The position numbers and the translations under genes were made by a program. Positions 56,215 through 64,000 of a stretch of DNA of 64,000 bases are shown here, piece by piece. The stretch is from Marispirochaeta sp. (GTDB taxonomy: Bacteria; Spirochaetota; Spirochaetia; JC444; Marispirochaetaceae), in the NCBI GenBank assembly GCA_963676835.2, contig CAXXFF010000002.1, positions 480,001-544,000 on the forward strand. The letters are read 5' to 3'. The notes below the pieces were generated by a model. That model did not search any database and was not told where the DNA came from. It saw nothing but the letters and a program-made list of their open reading frames with translations. Numbering within the stretch: the first letter of the stretch is position 1; each line of letters opens with the position of its first letter.

Positions 56215-57222
56215 ATGAAAAACAAAACTCTTGTACAGGTGCTTCTTTTGCTGTTTCTCGCAAGTACAGTAGTCTTTGCCAACGGAACTCAGGAAGGCGG
56301 CGCGGAAAAAACCTTTAAAATGACCATCTCCTATGCCGGTGCATCCGGTGGAGAAGACGACCTTTCAGCAAAGGAATTCAAACGAAAAGTTGAAGAAAGA
56401 TCAGGCGGACGCATTCAGGTTAGCCTCTATGGTGATGAACAGCTTGGAAAGGAAGTGGATATTGTAAATATGCTTGAGCTGGGTACAGTAGACGGAGCTA
56501 TCATGGGTGCAACCGTACACCAGCAGACAGCACCGGAATACAACATATGGAGTCCCTACTACATTTTCAAAACCAGTGAGGAACTTTTGTATATCCTGAA
56601 CGGCTCAATCGGTGACCGGGTAAAACAGGCATTCATGGACAACAAGGGAATCCGCATAATCGGTTATGGTCTTCGCGGTCCCCGTCACCTCACCTCCCTG
56701 CGCCCTATCCGCAAGGCATCAGAAGTAAAGGGTCTCAATATCCGTATAGGCCTTCAGCCCATCTATGTAGCCAGCTGGGAAGCCCTTGGAGCAACACCCC
56801 AGGCAATTGCATACGGAGAACTCTATATGGCACTCCGCCAGGGCGTTGTAGAAGCCCAGGAAAATCCCCTTGCATATATCTATGCACCTCATTTCGATGA
56901 GGTTCAGGACTATGTAAACCTTACTGCACACCAGAGATCTTTCTTTACCTATGTTGTGAGCGACAAGTTCTATCAGAAACTGCCTGCGGACCTGCAGCAG
57001 ATTATTGATGAAGAGGGTGAATATATCTCAGGTTTTCATAACAACCTTCAGGCAAAGGGAGAAGCTGACTACCGGGTTAAACTCGAAGAAAAAGGCATGA
57101 CCTTTATCGACGTGAATGTTGCCTCATTCCAGGAAGCCCTGAAAAATATTCCCGATCAGTTTGCTGATGTCTGGGTACCCAATCTCTATAACGATATTAA
57201 AGCTGAACTGTCAGCTATGTAA
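56215..57222 (+). CDS. dctP: TRAP substrate-binding protein, copy 2 (close paralog of 53152-54165)
   Basis: same motifs, with long stretches identical to copy 1. Confidence 0.93.
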   Translation: MKNKTLVQVLLLLFLASTVVFANGTQEGGAEKTFKMTISYAGASGGEDDLSAKEFKRKVEERSGGRIQVSLYGDEQLGKEVDIVNMLELGTVDGAIMGATVHQQTAPEYNIWSPYYIFKTSEELLYILNGSIGDRVKQAFMDNKGIRIIGYGLRGPRHLTSLRPIRKASEVKGLNIRIGLQPIYVASWEALGATPQAIAYGELYMALRQGVVEAQENPLAYIYAPHFDEVQDYVNLTAHQRSFFTYVVSDKFYQKLPADLQQIIDEEGEYISGFHNNLQAKGEADYRVKLEEKGMTFIDVNVASFQEALKNIPDQFADVWVPNLYNDIKAELSAM

Positions 57223-57248
57223 TTGTTATCGATTTGAGTTATCTCTAT

Positions 57249-57283
57249 TCCCCTTGAAGCGTTGCTTCAAGGGGATTTTTTTT
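57249..57283 (+). terminator. rho-independent terminator
   Basis: TCCCCTTGAAGC-GTT-GCTTCAAGGGGA followed by T8. Confidence 0.85.
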
Positions 57284-57291
57284 ATGTAACC

Positions 57292-57918
57292 CTAATCTAT
57301 CTTAACAAATCCCTTTACAGAGTCATCATAGTTGAAGACCTCACCGGTACCGATCATGTAGTACCAGCCGAGAAGGTTTAATTCACCTTTTTCATACTTA
57401 TCAAGAATATATGGATAGGAGAGCAGATGATTCATCTGCTCAACCACGTTAAGCTGCTCGGTTACCCATTCACGTTTCACCACATCCTGCATCAGTTCCG
57501 GATCCTTCTCTACCCGCTCCCGTACAGGCCGGGCAAGCTCAAGCCACTTCTTTGTATGGGGAATTGTCTCAAGCTCTTTTTCGCTGGCATACATGGCATT
57601 ACAGCCTCCGCAGTTGGAGTGACCGCAGACGATTATATTTTCCACCTCTAAAATCTGCACAGCATATTCAATGGCGGATGTAGTAGAGAGAAACTCCTCC
57701 GACGCCCGGTAGAAAGGAACAATGTTGGCAATATTCCGGATAATAAAGAGCTCTCCCGGAAGAGACTTTGTTATCATATTGGGAACTATTCTGGAATCTG
57801 AACAGGAGATAAACAGAGAGTGGGGCTTCTGCCGTTTTTCAAGGTTTTCAAACAGTTCCTGATAGTGACGGAAATCGTTCCCCGAAAAATCACGAACACC
57901 TTCAAAGAGATAATCCAT
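57292..57918 (-). CDS. beta-class carbonic anhydrase
   Basis: CSDSR, PGELF..RNIAN, IEYAV, GHSNCGG. Confidence 0.95.
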   Translation of the reverse strand: MDYLFEGVRDFSGNDFRHYQELFENLEKRQKPHSLFISCSDSRIVPNMITKSLPGELFIIRNIANIVPFYRASEEFLSTTSAIEYAVQILEVENIIVCGHSNCGGCNAMYASEKELETIPHTKKWLELARPVRERVEKDPELMQDVVKREWVTEQLNVVEQMNHLLSYPYILDKYEKGELNLLGWYYMIGTGEVFNYDDSVKGFVKID

Positions 57919-57965
57919 AGACCATCAATATACCCTGAAATTTACTTTCCGGTCGATAAAGGCAC

Positions 57966-57997
57966 AAAAAAAACCAGCCGCGGATAACGGCTGGTTT
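57966..57997 (-). terminator. rho-independent terminator
   Basis: AAACCAGCCG-N7-CGGCTGGTTT with T-run on the minus strand. Confidence 0.8.
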
Positions 57998-58022
57998 AAT
58001 AATCAAAAAGATCCCGGGCTTA

Positions 58023-58739
58023 TCAGCGTTTTACCGCATCAAGGCCGCCGGAAATCTTCAGCACATTCCGCTCAAAGGTAACATTCAGAGCACCTCTCCA
58101 GTAGAACATGGAATCGCGAGCAGCTTTGTCATCGACAATATTGCCGGTTTTCTTGTCGCTGCCTTCAATGGCACCACCACCGGAAACACGGGAATCCCAT
58201 ACTTTATCCCACTGAATAGTGGCTGCAGTACCGTTACGGGAAAAATCCCGGGAGATAACCTGGGGGTTCCCGCCGGAAATAGTACCAATTGCACGCTTCT
58301 GGAATGTACCGTTGACAACATCCAGCTTTCCGTTTCTGTCTGTAACAAAGCGATAGGCTGTTCCCCGGTGGGCAAACTGCACGGTAATTTCACCGGAACG
58401 TGCTTTTTCCACAGTCAGGTTATCAGCTTTCAGAGTATCCGGTCCGGCAACACCGTACAGGACTGCACTTCGGATACTGTCGGGGATTACCTGCTTTCCA
58501 AGAACGTCTACCCGGTAGGTCTGGAATACGTGGGTAGATCCCTTAACTGACGCACCGGTACGGCCGTCAAAATGATCCTTGTCCACAGCAATGTATCGAA
58601 CAGGGCCTTCAAAGGTGGAGTAGTTAGTCCTGGAAGTTCCAGTAACATCCACCTGAATATCAATTTTTAAATCCTGGGCAAAGGCTGTGCTGCTGAGAAG
58701 CGCAGCTGCAACCAGAAGAACAATGAGTGCTTTTTTCAT
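58023..58739 (-). CDS. hypothetical exported protein
   Basis: GGAGGAG RBS, signal peptide MKKALIV..TAFA, own terminator; no family recognised. Confidence 0.75.
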   Translation of the reverse strand: MKKALIVLLVAAALLSSTAFAQDLKIDIQVDVTGTSRTNYSTFEGPVRYIAVDKDHFDGRTGASVKGSTHVFQTYRVDVLGKQVIPDSIRSAVLYGVAGPDTLKADNLTVEKARSGEITVQFAHRGTAYRFVTDRNGKLDVVNGTFQKRAIGTISGGNPQVISRDFSRNGTAATIQWDKVWDSRVSGGGAIEGSDKKTGNIVDDKAARDSMFYWRGALNVTFERNVLKISGGLDAVKR

Positions 58740-58914
58740 ATCTCTTCTCCTCCAAGAATAGTATAAATTCATACTGATATTATTTTATCGACATGTCAAG
58801 ATTTTTCACAACAATTTTATGATAATAATACTCATGTACACAATATTTATTTCGATTGTCTTTTTTTTGAAATAATTTAATAATAACAGCTGGTTTATTC
58901 AGGAGTTTTTTACC

Positions 58915-59847
58915 ATGCAAAGCAAATATTCAGAACTTATGGCCAATACATCCAGGGCGGTGGTAGGTAAAGAAAAGGCAATAGAGCTTCTTGTCATCGC
59001 CATGATTGCAGAAGGGCATGTTCTGCTGGAAGATGTGCCCGGGCTGGGAAAAACACTGATGGCAAAAGCCCTCGCCCGCAGTATGGACGGAGAGTTCCGC
59101 CGAATACAGTTTACCCCGGACCTTCTCCCGGCAGATGTAACCGGGTTCTCAATATATGATCAGAAAAGCAGCAGTTTTGTTTTTAACCCGGGACCGGTAA
59201 TGTGCAACATACTGCTGGCGGATGAGATAAACCGCACCATTCCGCGGACCCAATCCAGCCTCCTGGAGAGCATGGGAGAGTTTCAGGTTACCGTCGACGG
59301 AAAAACCATGGATCTGCCCCGGCCGTTTCTGGTAATTGCCACCCAGAACCCCATAGAGATGGATGGAACATTCCCTCTGCCGGAAGCCCAGCTTGACCGG
59401 TTTCTCATGAAGATAGACCTGGGCTATCCAAGCGTTGAGGAAGAGATTGAGATTCTGGAACGCTATCAGGAGCATGATCCTTTACAGGAACTCAAGCCGG
59501 TACTGTTTCCCGATGATATCGTTAAGATGCAGAAGGAACGGTCCGCAATTAAAATGACACCTCCATTACGGGAGTATATTGCATCCCTTGCTGCAGCAAC
59601 CAGGGAGCATCCAAAAGTCCGCTACGGTATCAGTCCAAGGGGTTCTCTGGGTATAATGAAAGCTGCCCAGGGGTTTGCCATGCTGAAAGGCCGCAACCAT
59701 GTACTCCCGGACGATATTAAATACCTCGCCCATCCGGTGCTGTCCCATCGGATTATCATTTTTAACGAAGAACGGGCTCGCGGTGTTAACAGCCGGACTG
59801 TTCTCGATGAAATTCTCAACTCGGTCCCTGTCCCGGTTTATGCCTGA
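58915..59847 (+). CDS. MoxR-family AAA+ ATPase
   Basis: GHVLLEDVPGLGKT, RIQFTPDLLP, DEINR, ATQNP, LPEAQLDRF, SPR. Confidence 0.95.
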   Translation: MQSKYSELMANTSRAVVGKEKAIELLVIAMIAEGHVLLEDVPGLGKTLMAKALARSMDGEFRRIQFTPDLLPADVTGFSIYDQKSSSFVFNPGPVMCNILLADEINRTIPRTQSSLLESMGEFQVTVDGKTMDLPRPFLVIATQNPIEMDGTFPLPEAQLDRFLMKIDLGYPSVEEEIEILERYQEHDPLQELKPVLFPDDIVKMQKERSAIKMTPPLREYIASLAAATREHPKVRYGISPRGSLGIMKAAQGFAMLKGRNHVLPDDIKYLAHPVLSHRIIIFNEERARGVNSRTVLDEILNSVPVPVYA

Positions 59848-61060
59848 TCCTGTAGTCTCGGAAGCCCCCCGAAAAGTGCAGCCCGAATATATCGCACTGT
59901 TCAGCATAGGACTGACATTGGGATTAACCTGGATCGTGCTTATCTTTGCACTCATACAGCGGGACCGGAGCCTCTCAATGCTCAGCGGAGCTGTCCTGAT
60001 CCTCATGCACGGCACCGGCTTATGGAGCAGACTTGCACACAGGAAGCTTTCAATCTCTGTCCGGGCCGATTCGGGACATCTTTTTTACGGAGAAAAGCTG
60101 TATCTGGAAATGGTGGTCAGAAACAGGAAACTTCTTCCCGTCTGGATCCGCCTGGAACTGGAGACCTCTTCCCTTTTTTCAGAAATACCGAAAGGGGGAG
60201 AAACCCTTCTTCCTCCTTTTTCTGAACGGTTTAAGACAGTCAGCCTTACCTCCTGCCGCAGGGGAGTTTGGTCTGAGCGAAAAGCACTGGTTAAAAGCGG
60301 CGATATATTCGGTCTGCACAGTAGAACTGCAAGCTCAATCTTCCCGGGCGAAATAGTAGTCTATCCCCGTATCGGCACGCTCCGGAAAATGGAAATTCCC
60401 TTTCAGGAATTCTTTGGTATTCATATTTCCAGGGGCTGCATAGAAGATCCTTCCCGCTACGAAGGAACCAGGGAGTATAAGGGCCTGAGATCATCCCGTC
60501 ACATAAACTGGAAAGCCAGTGCCCGATTCAACCAGCTGCAGGAAAACATATACGAACCATCAAGTCACCGAAAGGTACTGTTTATTCTGGACGTATCTGC
60601 ACCGGAGACTATCTCTTTATACAGTAATTCCGAAGGATTTCCGGATTTTGAACATCTGCTAACAACTGCGGCCACCATAGCATCCGAACTGGTGCAGACA
60701 GATACAACTTTTGCATGCATAACCAATGCCGTATTAAACAGTACAGCCGGCAATATCCTTCACTTCGGACGGGGACCGGAGCACCTGGGCCGGTTGCTTA
60801 CTCTTCTGGCAAGAGTAAATCCGTCTCCGGGCAAACCGCACCCCCTTCCCCATCCCGATGGGTGGACAAATGGAACAGGTAGTATTTACCTCTCCATAAA
60901 AGCTCATACCGATCCTGAAGAAATTGTACCCTACGAAATCGTAAAGAGCAAAAATCAGAAGCTTGCTGTTTTTGCAGAAAATGGCGAGGACTCCTGCATT
61001 GCCGCCTGGCAGAAGCTGGGATTTCAGGTTTACAAAGCCGGAGAGCTGGTAGATGAATAA
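59840..61060 (+). CDS. DUF58-domain membrane-anchored protein
   Basis: N.KLLP, RRG, GDIFG, VVYP, REY...RHINWKASAR; ATG 59840 overlaps the moxR stop. Confidence 0.85.
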   Translation: MPDPVVSEAPRKVQPEYIALFSIGLTLGLTWIVLIFALIQRDRSLSMLSGAVLILMHGTGLWSRLAHRKLSISVRADSGHLFYGEKLYLEMVVRNRKLLPVWIRLELETSSLFSEIPKGGETLLPPFSERFKTVSLTSCRRGVWSERKALVKSGDIFGLHSRTASSIFPGEIVVYPRIGTLRKMEIPFQEFFGIHISRGCIEDPSRYEGTREYKGLRSSRHINWKASARFNQLQENIYEPSSHRKVLFILDVSAPETISLYSNSEGFPDFEHLLTTAATIASELVQTDTTFACITNAVLNSTAGNILHFGRGPEHLGRLLTLLARVNPSPGKPHPLPHPDGWTNGTGSIYLSIKAHTDPEEIVPYEIVKSKNQKLAVFAENGEDSCIAAWQKLGFQVYKAGELVDE

Positions 61061-62516
61061 TAAGGCAATGAAAAATGGACGGCAGAACCTGCTCCTTGCA
61101 CTCTCCATAGCACTCTCAATTCCGGGACAGGAGATACTGAAGCTCTATACTATATTTTCCCTGTTACTCCTGATACCGGAACGGTCTCCGGTACCTCTGG
61201 CAAGCCTCGCAATAATGTTTCTGATACCTTTTTTTCTGGTCAAAGTTACTGCACTGATCCGCATGCGAAATATCAGCAGAATTATTCTCCATCTGCTCAT
61301 TTTTTCATTTTCTCTTATGTTCAGCTTTACCTTGTATCCGGATCTCCCGTTTTTCGGGGCCTGGAACCTGGAGCTGTTTAGAACCGGGTTTCTGCAGATA
61401 GGCACAGGACAAACTGTTTTATGCTTTGTTCTGGTAGTAATTGCCGGTTCAGTTACGGCTTTGCGTGGAATACTGCTTGCCCGCCGTACTTACAACCACG
61501 ATCTGGTCCTTATGAACTTTGAAAGCGGCCTGGTTATCATGGCCAGCATATATTTTCTCAGGATGGGAATGGGTATTCCGGATTCCCAGGCAGTGAATAT
61601 TACCGGCGGCTATTTTCTGTTTGCCCTGATAGCCCTTGGGGCCTCGGTCTCCCGGGATGATTCTGATTCTTTCCGGAGCTCCTCCGGGCAACTGCGTTTT
61701 TCCCTTGCAGTTTCGGGAATCATGATTTTTCTGATACTGCTTGCCATTATGATACTGCTCTATCCTGTGGCCGGAACTTCCGCCCGGGGAATCTATTCCC
61801 TGACGACGCAGACCCTGGCTCCGCTGGTCCCATACCTTATTGCAATTATTCGTTTTCTATTCACCCTGGGACGCCCCCAGAGTCAGGCTGCAGCACCTGT
61901 TGAAAGTGACACTGCCGGCCCCCTTGCAGCTGTGCCCGGAGAATCCCCTGCCTGGCTTATGCTGATTGAGAGGATTCTCACATGGGGACTGTTAGGAACT
62001 GTTGCAGTGATCACACTGATACTCGTAATTTACAGTGCATACAGAATACTTGTATTTCTTTTTTCTCCCGGCAAATCCGATGAAGGGTTAAGCCCGGGGC
62101 AATTCATCCGGTTCCTTCTTCGCACAATCACCGCTGTACTAAAATCCTTGTTGTCTAACATCGGATTACTGAAGGATAATATGCGCAGCGCCAGGGGAAA
62201 CAAATCTCCCGAAGGGCTCAGGGCATTCCATAAACTGTGTGCCTGGGGAAGCGGAGCAGGCCTGCCGAGGGAAGAAAACGAAACACCTGCGGAATACTCA
62301 AGCCGTCTTTCTCTCTGGTCGGGAAACTATGCTCCTGCAGTAAAAACCATTTGTAATGCCGTCCAAAGCGAAGTCTATGCGGGATGTACACTTCAGAACT
62401 CTGAACTAACTGACCTGAGGAAAGCTGTATCCAGACTTGGCTTTTTCCGCTCCCTATCCAAACAGGCATCTATCCGGTTGAAAAAAACAGTAAGAGGCTC
62501 CTCCCATACAGATTGA
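61053..62516 (+). CDS. multi-TM membrane protein with C-terminal DUF4129-like motif
   Basis: many hydrophobic segments; G.PR...ETPAEY..RL; third gene of the moxR operon. Confidence 0.75.
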   Translation: MNNKAMKNGRQNLLLALSIALSIPGQEILKLYTIFSLLLLIPERSPVPLASLAIMFLIPFFLVKVTALIRMRNISRIILHLLIFSFSLMFSFTLYPDLPFFGAWNLELFRTGFLQIGTGQTVLCFVLVVIAGSVTALRGILLARRTYNHDLVLMNFESGLVIMASIYFLRMGMGIPDSQAVNITGGYFLFALIALGASVSRDDSDSFRSSSGQLRFSLAVSGIMIFLILLAIMILLYPVAGTSARGIYSLTTQTLAPLVPYLIAIIRFLFTLGRPQSQAAAPVESDTAGPLAAVPGESPAWLMLIERILTWGLLGTVAVITLILVIYSAYRILVFLFSPGKSDEGLSPGQFIRFLLRTITAVLKSLLSNIGLLKDNMRSARGNKSPEGLRAFHKLCAWGSGAGLPREENETPAEYSSRLSLWSGNYAPAVKTICNAVQSEVYAGCTLQNSELTDLRKAVSRLGFFRSLSKQASIRLKKTVRGSSHTD

Positions 62517-62562
62517 CAGCCTTTCCAGTTTCTCTGATAATTTCGCCGTACGGAGGATCAAT

Positions 62563-62838
62563 ATGACAATTAAACACAGTGTCTATTTTGACGGAGCAGT
62601 ACAGAGCCTTGGCTTCGTCGATGATAATGGAAAAATGAGCATGAGTGCCGGGACCGTCCTTCCCGGAGAATACGATTTCGGCAAGGCCGGTCCTAAAGAG
62701 ACCTTTATGATCACCAGCGGCGAGCTTACCATCAGCGGTGGAACCTACAAGAAGGGAGATACCTGCGTTATTGAAACAGGCAACCCGATTCTTATTTCAA
62801 CCGCTGTTGAATCAAGCTACACCTGCCACTACGGCTGA
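62563..62838 (+). CDS. ppnP: pyrimidine/purine nucleoside phosphorylase (DUF1255)
   Basis: YFDG.V.S..F, G.V.PGEY.F...E...I.SG, Y.C.Y. Confidence 0.8.
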   Translation: MTIKHSVYFDGAVQSLGFVDDNGKMSMSAGTVLPGEYDFGKAGPKETFMITSGELTISGGTYKKGDTCVIETGNPILISTAVESSYTCHYG

Positions 62839-62849
62839 GAACCCGGTAC

Positions 62850-62871
62850 AGCCGGAACATAAGTTCCGGCT
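62850..62871. terminator. hairpin between convergent genes
   Basis: AGCCGGAAC-ATAA-GTTCCGGCT. Confidence 0.6.
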
Positions 62872-62896
62872 CTTGTTTCACCTTTTATCTGTCTTT

Positions 62897-63598
62897 TCAA
62901 GTTTTTATCTTTTCAAGCTCAATACCATGATGTTCTTCATCCACCAGCTTCCGTCCCAGAATTGAATCAAACCGGCTTATATCAAGACAATAGTAAAGAT
63001 CCGTGGCTGGAGCAAATCCGGTTTCGCTAAAACCTTTACCACTGCCTTTTCTCAAGCGGATAAAAACATCTTCAAAATCACAGGGCTCTCCTGTTATTTT
63101 TTTCTTCAGATAATCTGCATATAAATAGTCCTCTTCTCCGAACATCTGTTCAGGAAGAGCGGTACCGTAAATATTTACCTTATCTATCTTCTTCGCATGA
63201 ATGTAATCAATTATCGCCTGAAGATTTACAAAACTGCCAACAACCACTTCATTCTGTTCCGGCTGCAGAAGCAGGCCTTTGGTGCCGGCGGTGGTCGTAT
63301 GCACGACAGTTTTTCCGGAAAAATCCCTGCCGGTAATCTCTGTAGGACTGTTGCCGTAATCAAAACCGTCAATCTTTATACCCTGACGTTCACCAATGAG
63401 AAGAACATCCTCATAGCGCGCCTTCAGCTCCTGGGAATGCTCAATACTCTCTGAGATTATGTATTTTGCCGGGTTGTTTGCCAGAATATAATAGGAGACG
63501 GAAAAAGCCCGAAATACATCAACAACAACAGTAAACCCACGAATCGCCGAAGCGTCATCATTGGGAGAAAAGATATTAACTTCAACAGGCATTTGCAT
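62897..63598 (-). CDS. 2-phosphosulfolactate phosphatase (ComB) family protein
   Basis: VVVDVFRA, GER.G....FDYGNSP, TTTAGT, ED. Confidence 0.85.
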   Translation of the reverse strand: MQMPVEVNIFSPNDDASAIRGFTVVVDVFRAFSVSYYILANNPAKYIISESIEHSQELKARYEDVLLIGERQGIKIDGFDYGNSPTEITGRDFSGKTVVHTTTAGTKGLLLQPEQNEVVVGSFVNLQAIIDYIHAKKIDKVNIYGTALPEQMFGEEDYLYADYLKKKITGEPCDFEDVFIRLRKGSGKGFSETGFAPATDLYYCLDISRFDSILGRKLVDEEHHGIELEKIKT

Positions 63599-63701
63599 AA
63601 GGGCATAGTTGCATGAATCTTGAATTTAGTCTTCAGAAAGATTCACATATTTTTACCAATATTTTATTGATAATTTTGTTTTACCCGGGTATTATTAGGC
63701 C

Positions 63702-64000
63702 ATGAACGAATCAGAAAGATACTCCTCCTTTATAGGAGACCGCCACCTGTTTACCGGCGACTTGAAAGGTATGCTCAGCCAAACCCATGCATATATCTCC
63801 CGTCATGGAGAAGAGGGGCTTCTCATTTTCGATAATTTCAGCGGCAGGCAGATCGATTATAATTTCAGGGTAAGCCTGGAAGAACTGCTGGGCAAAGAAC
63901 TGCCTCCAACCCCGAAAAAAGGCCCGGGACGGCCACGGCTGGGGGTTGTCTGCGGTGAGATTTCACTTCTACCCCGACACTGGGACTGGCTTCAGCGGCA
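63702..64000 (+). CDS. DUF2239-family protein (3' truncated; not in ORF track)
   Basis: translated by hand: MNESERYSSF..LIFDNFSGRQID..F.G..GPGRPRLGVV..EISLLPRHWDWL. Confidence 0.85.
   Translation, partial: MNESERYSSFIGDRHLFTGDLKGMLSQTHAYISRHGEEGLLIFDNFSGRQIDYNFRVSLEELLGKELPPTPKKGPGRPRLGVVCGEISLLPRHWDWLQR

Noticed and set aside
59699..59839. 149-bp MoxR/DUF58 overlap or frameshift fusion
   Set aside because: ATG at 59840 overlapping the moxR stop explains the gene as ordinary translational coupling.
1..64000. tRNA/rRNA genes, prophage, dedicated anti-phage defence operon
   Set aside because: None recognised; apart from HigBA, the ORFs fit transport, metabolic, signalling or housekeeping families.

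Overview
A gene-dense bacterial chromosomal segment, most likely from a free-living anaerobic spirochaete. This is an inference from 'VFANGQQD/AEGGKE'-type solute-binding-protein N-termini, a GAF-GGDEF cyclase beside PTS-IIA and DUF151 genes, and a tandem-TetR RND operon. It opens inside an IS21-family element that has interrupted a UroD-family gene, followed by a HigBA toxin-antitoxin pair. It carries four binding-protein-dependent secondary transporter loci (TAXI, two DctPQM TRAP, one TctCBA), feoAB, an RND/TolC efflux operon, MATE, NfeD plus two SPFH genes, MoxR-DUF58-DUF4129, three cyclic-nucleotide signalling genes and several housekeeping enzymes. The most unusual element is a REP-associated (Y1/HUH) tyrosine transposase gene with intact catalytic motifs. 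It contains an in-frame 393-bp tandem array encoding (DHRDHP)x20, bracketed by a perfect 30-bp palindrome and a second hairpin. Also notable are a sigma54/PrpR-like controlled TctCBA + UroD-fold operon of unknown substrate, a transketolase with GEG in place of GDG, two probable CTG start codons and several probable leaderless transcripts. No rRNA, tRNA or CRISPR array was recognised. All calls are from motif recognition by eye; no searches were run.
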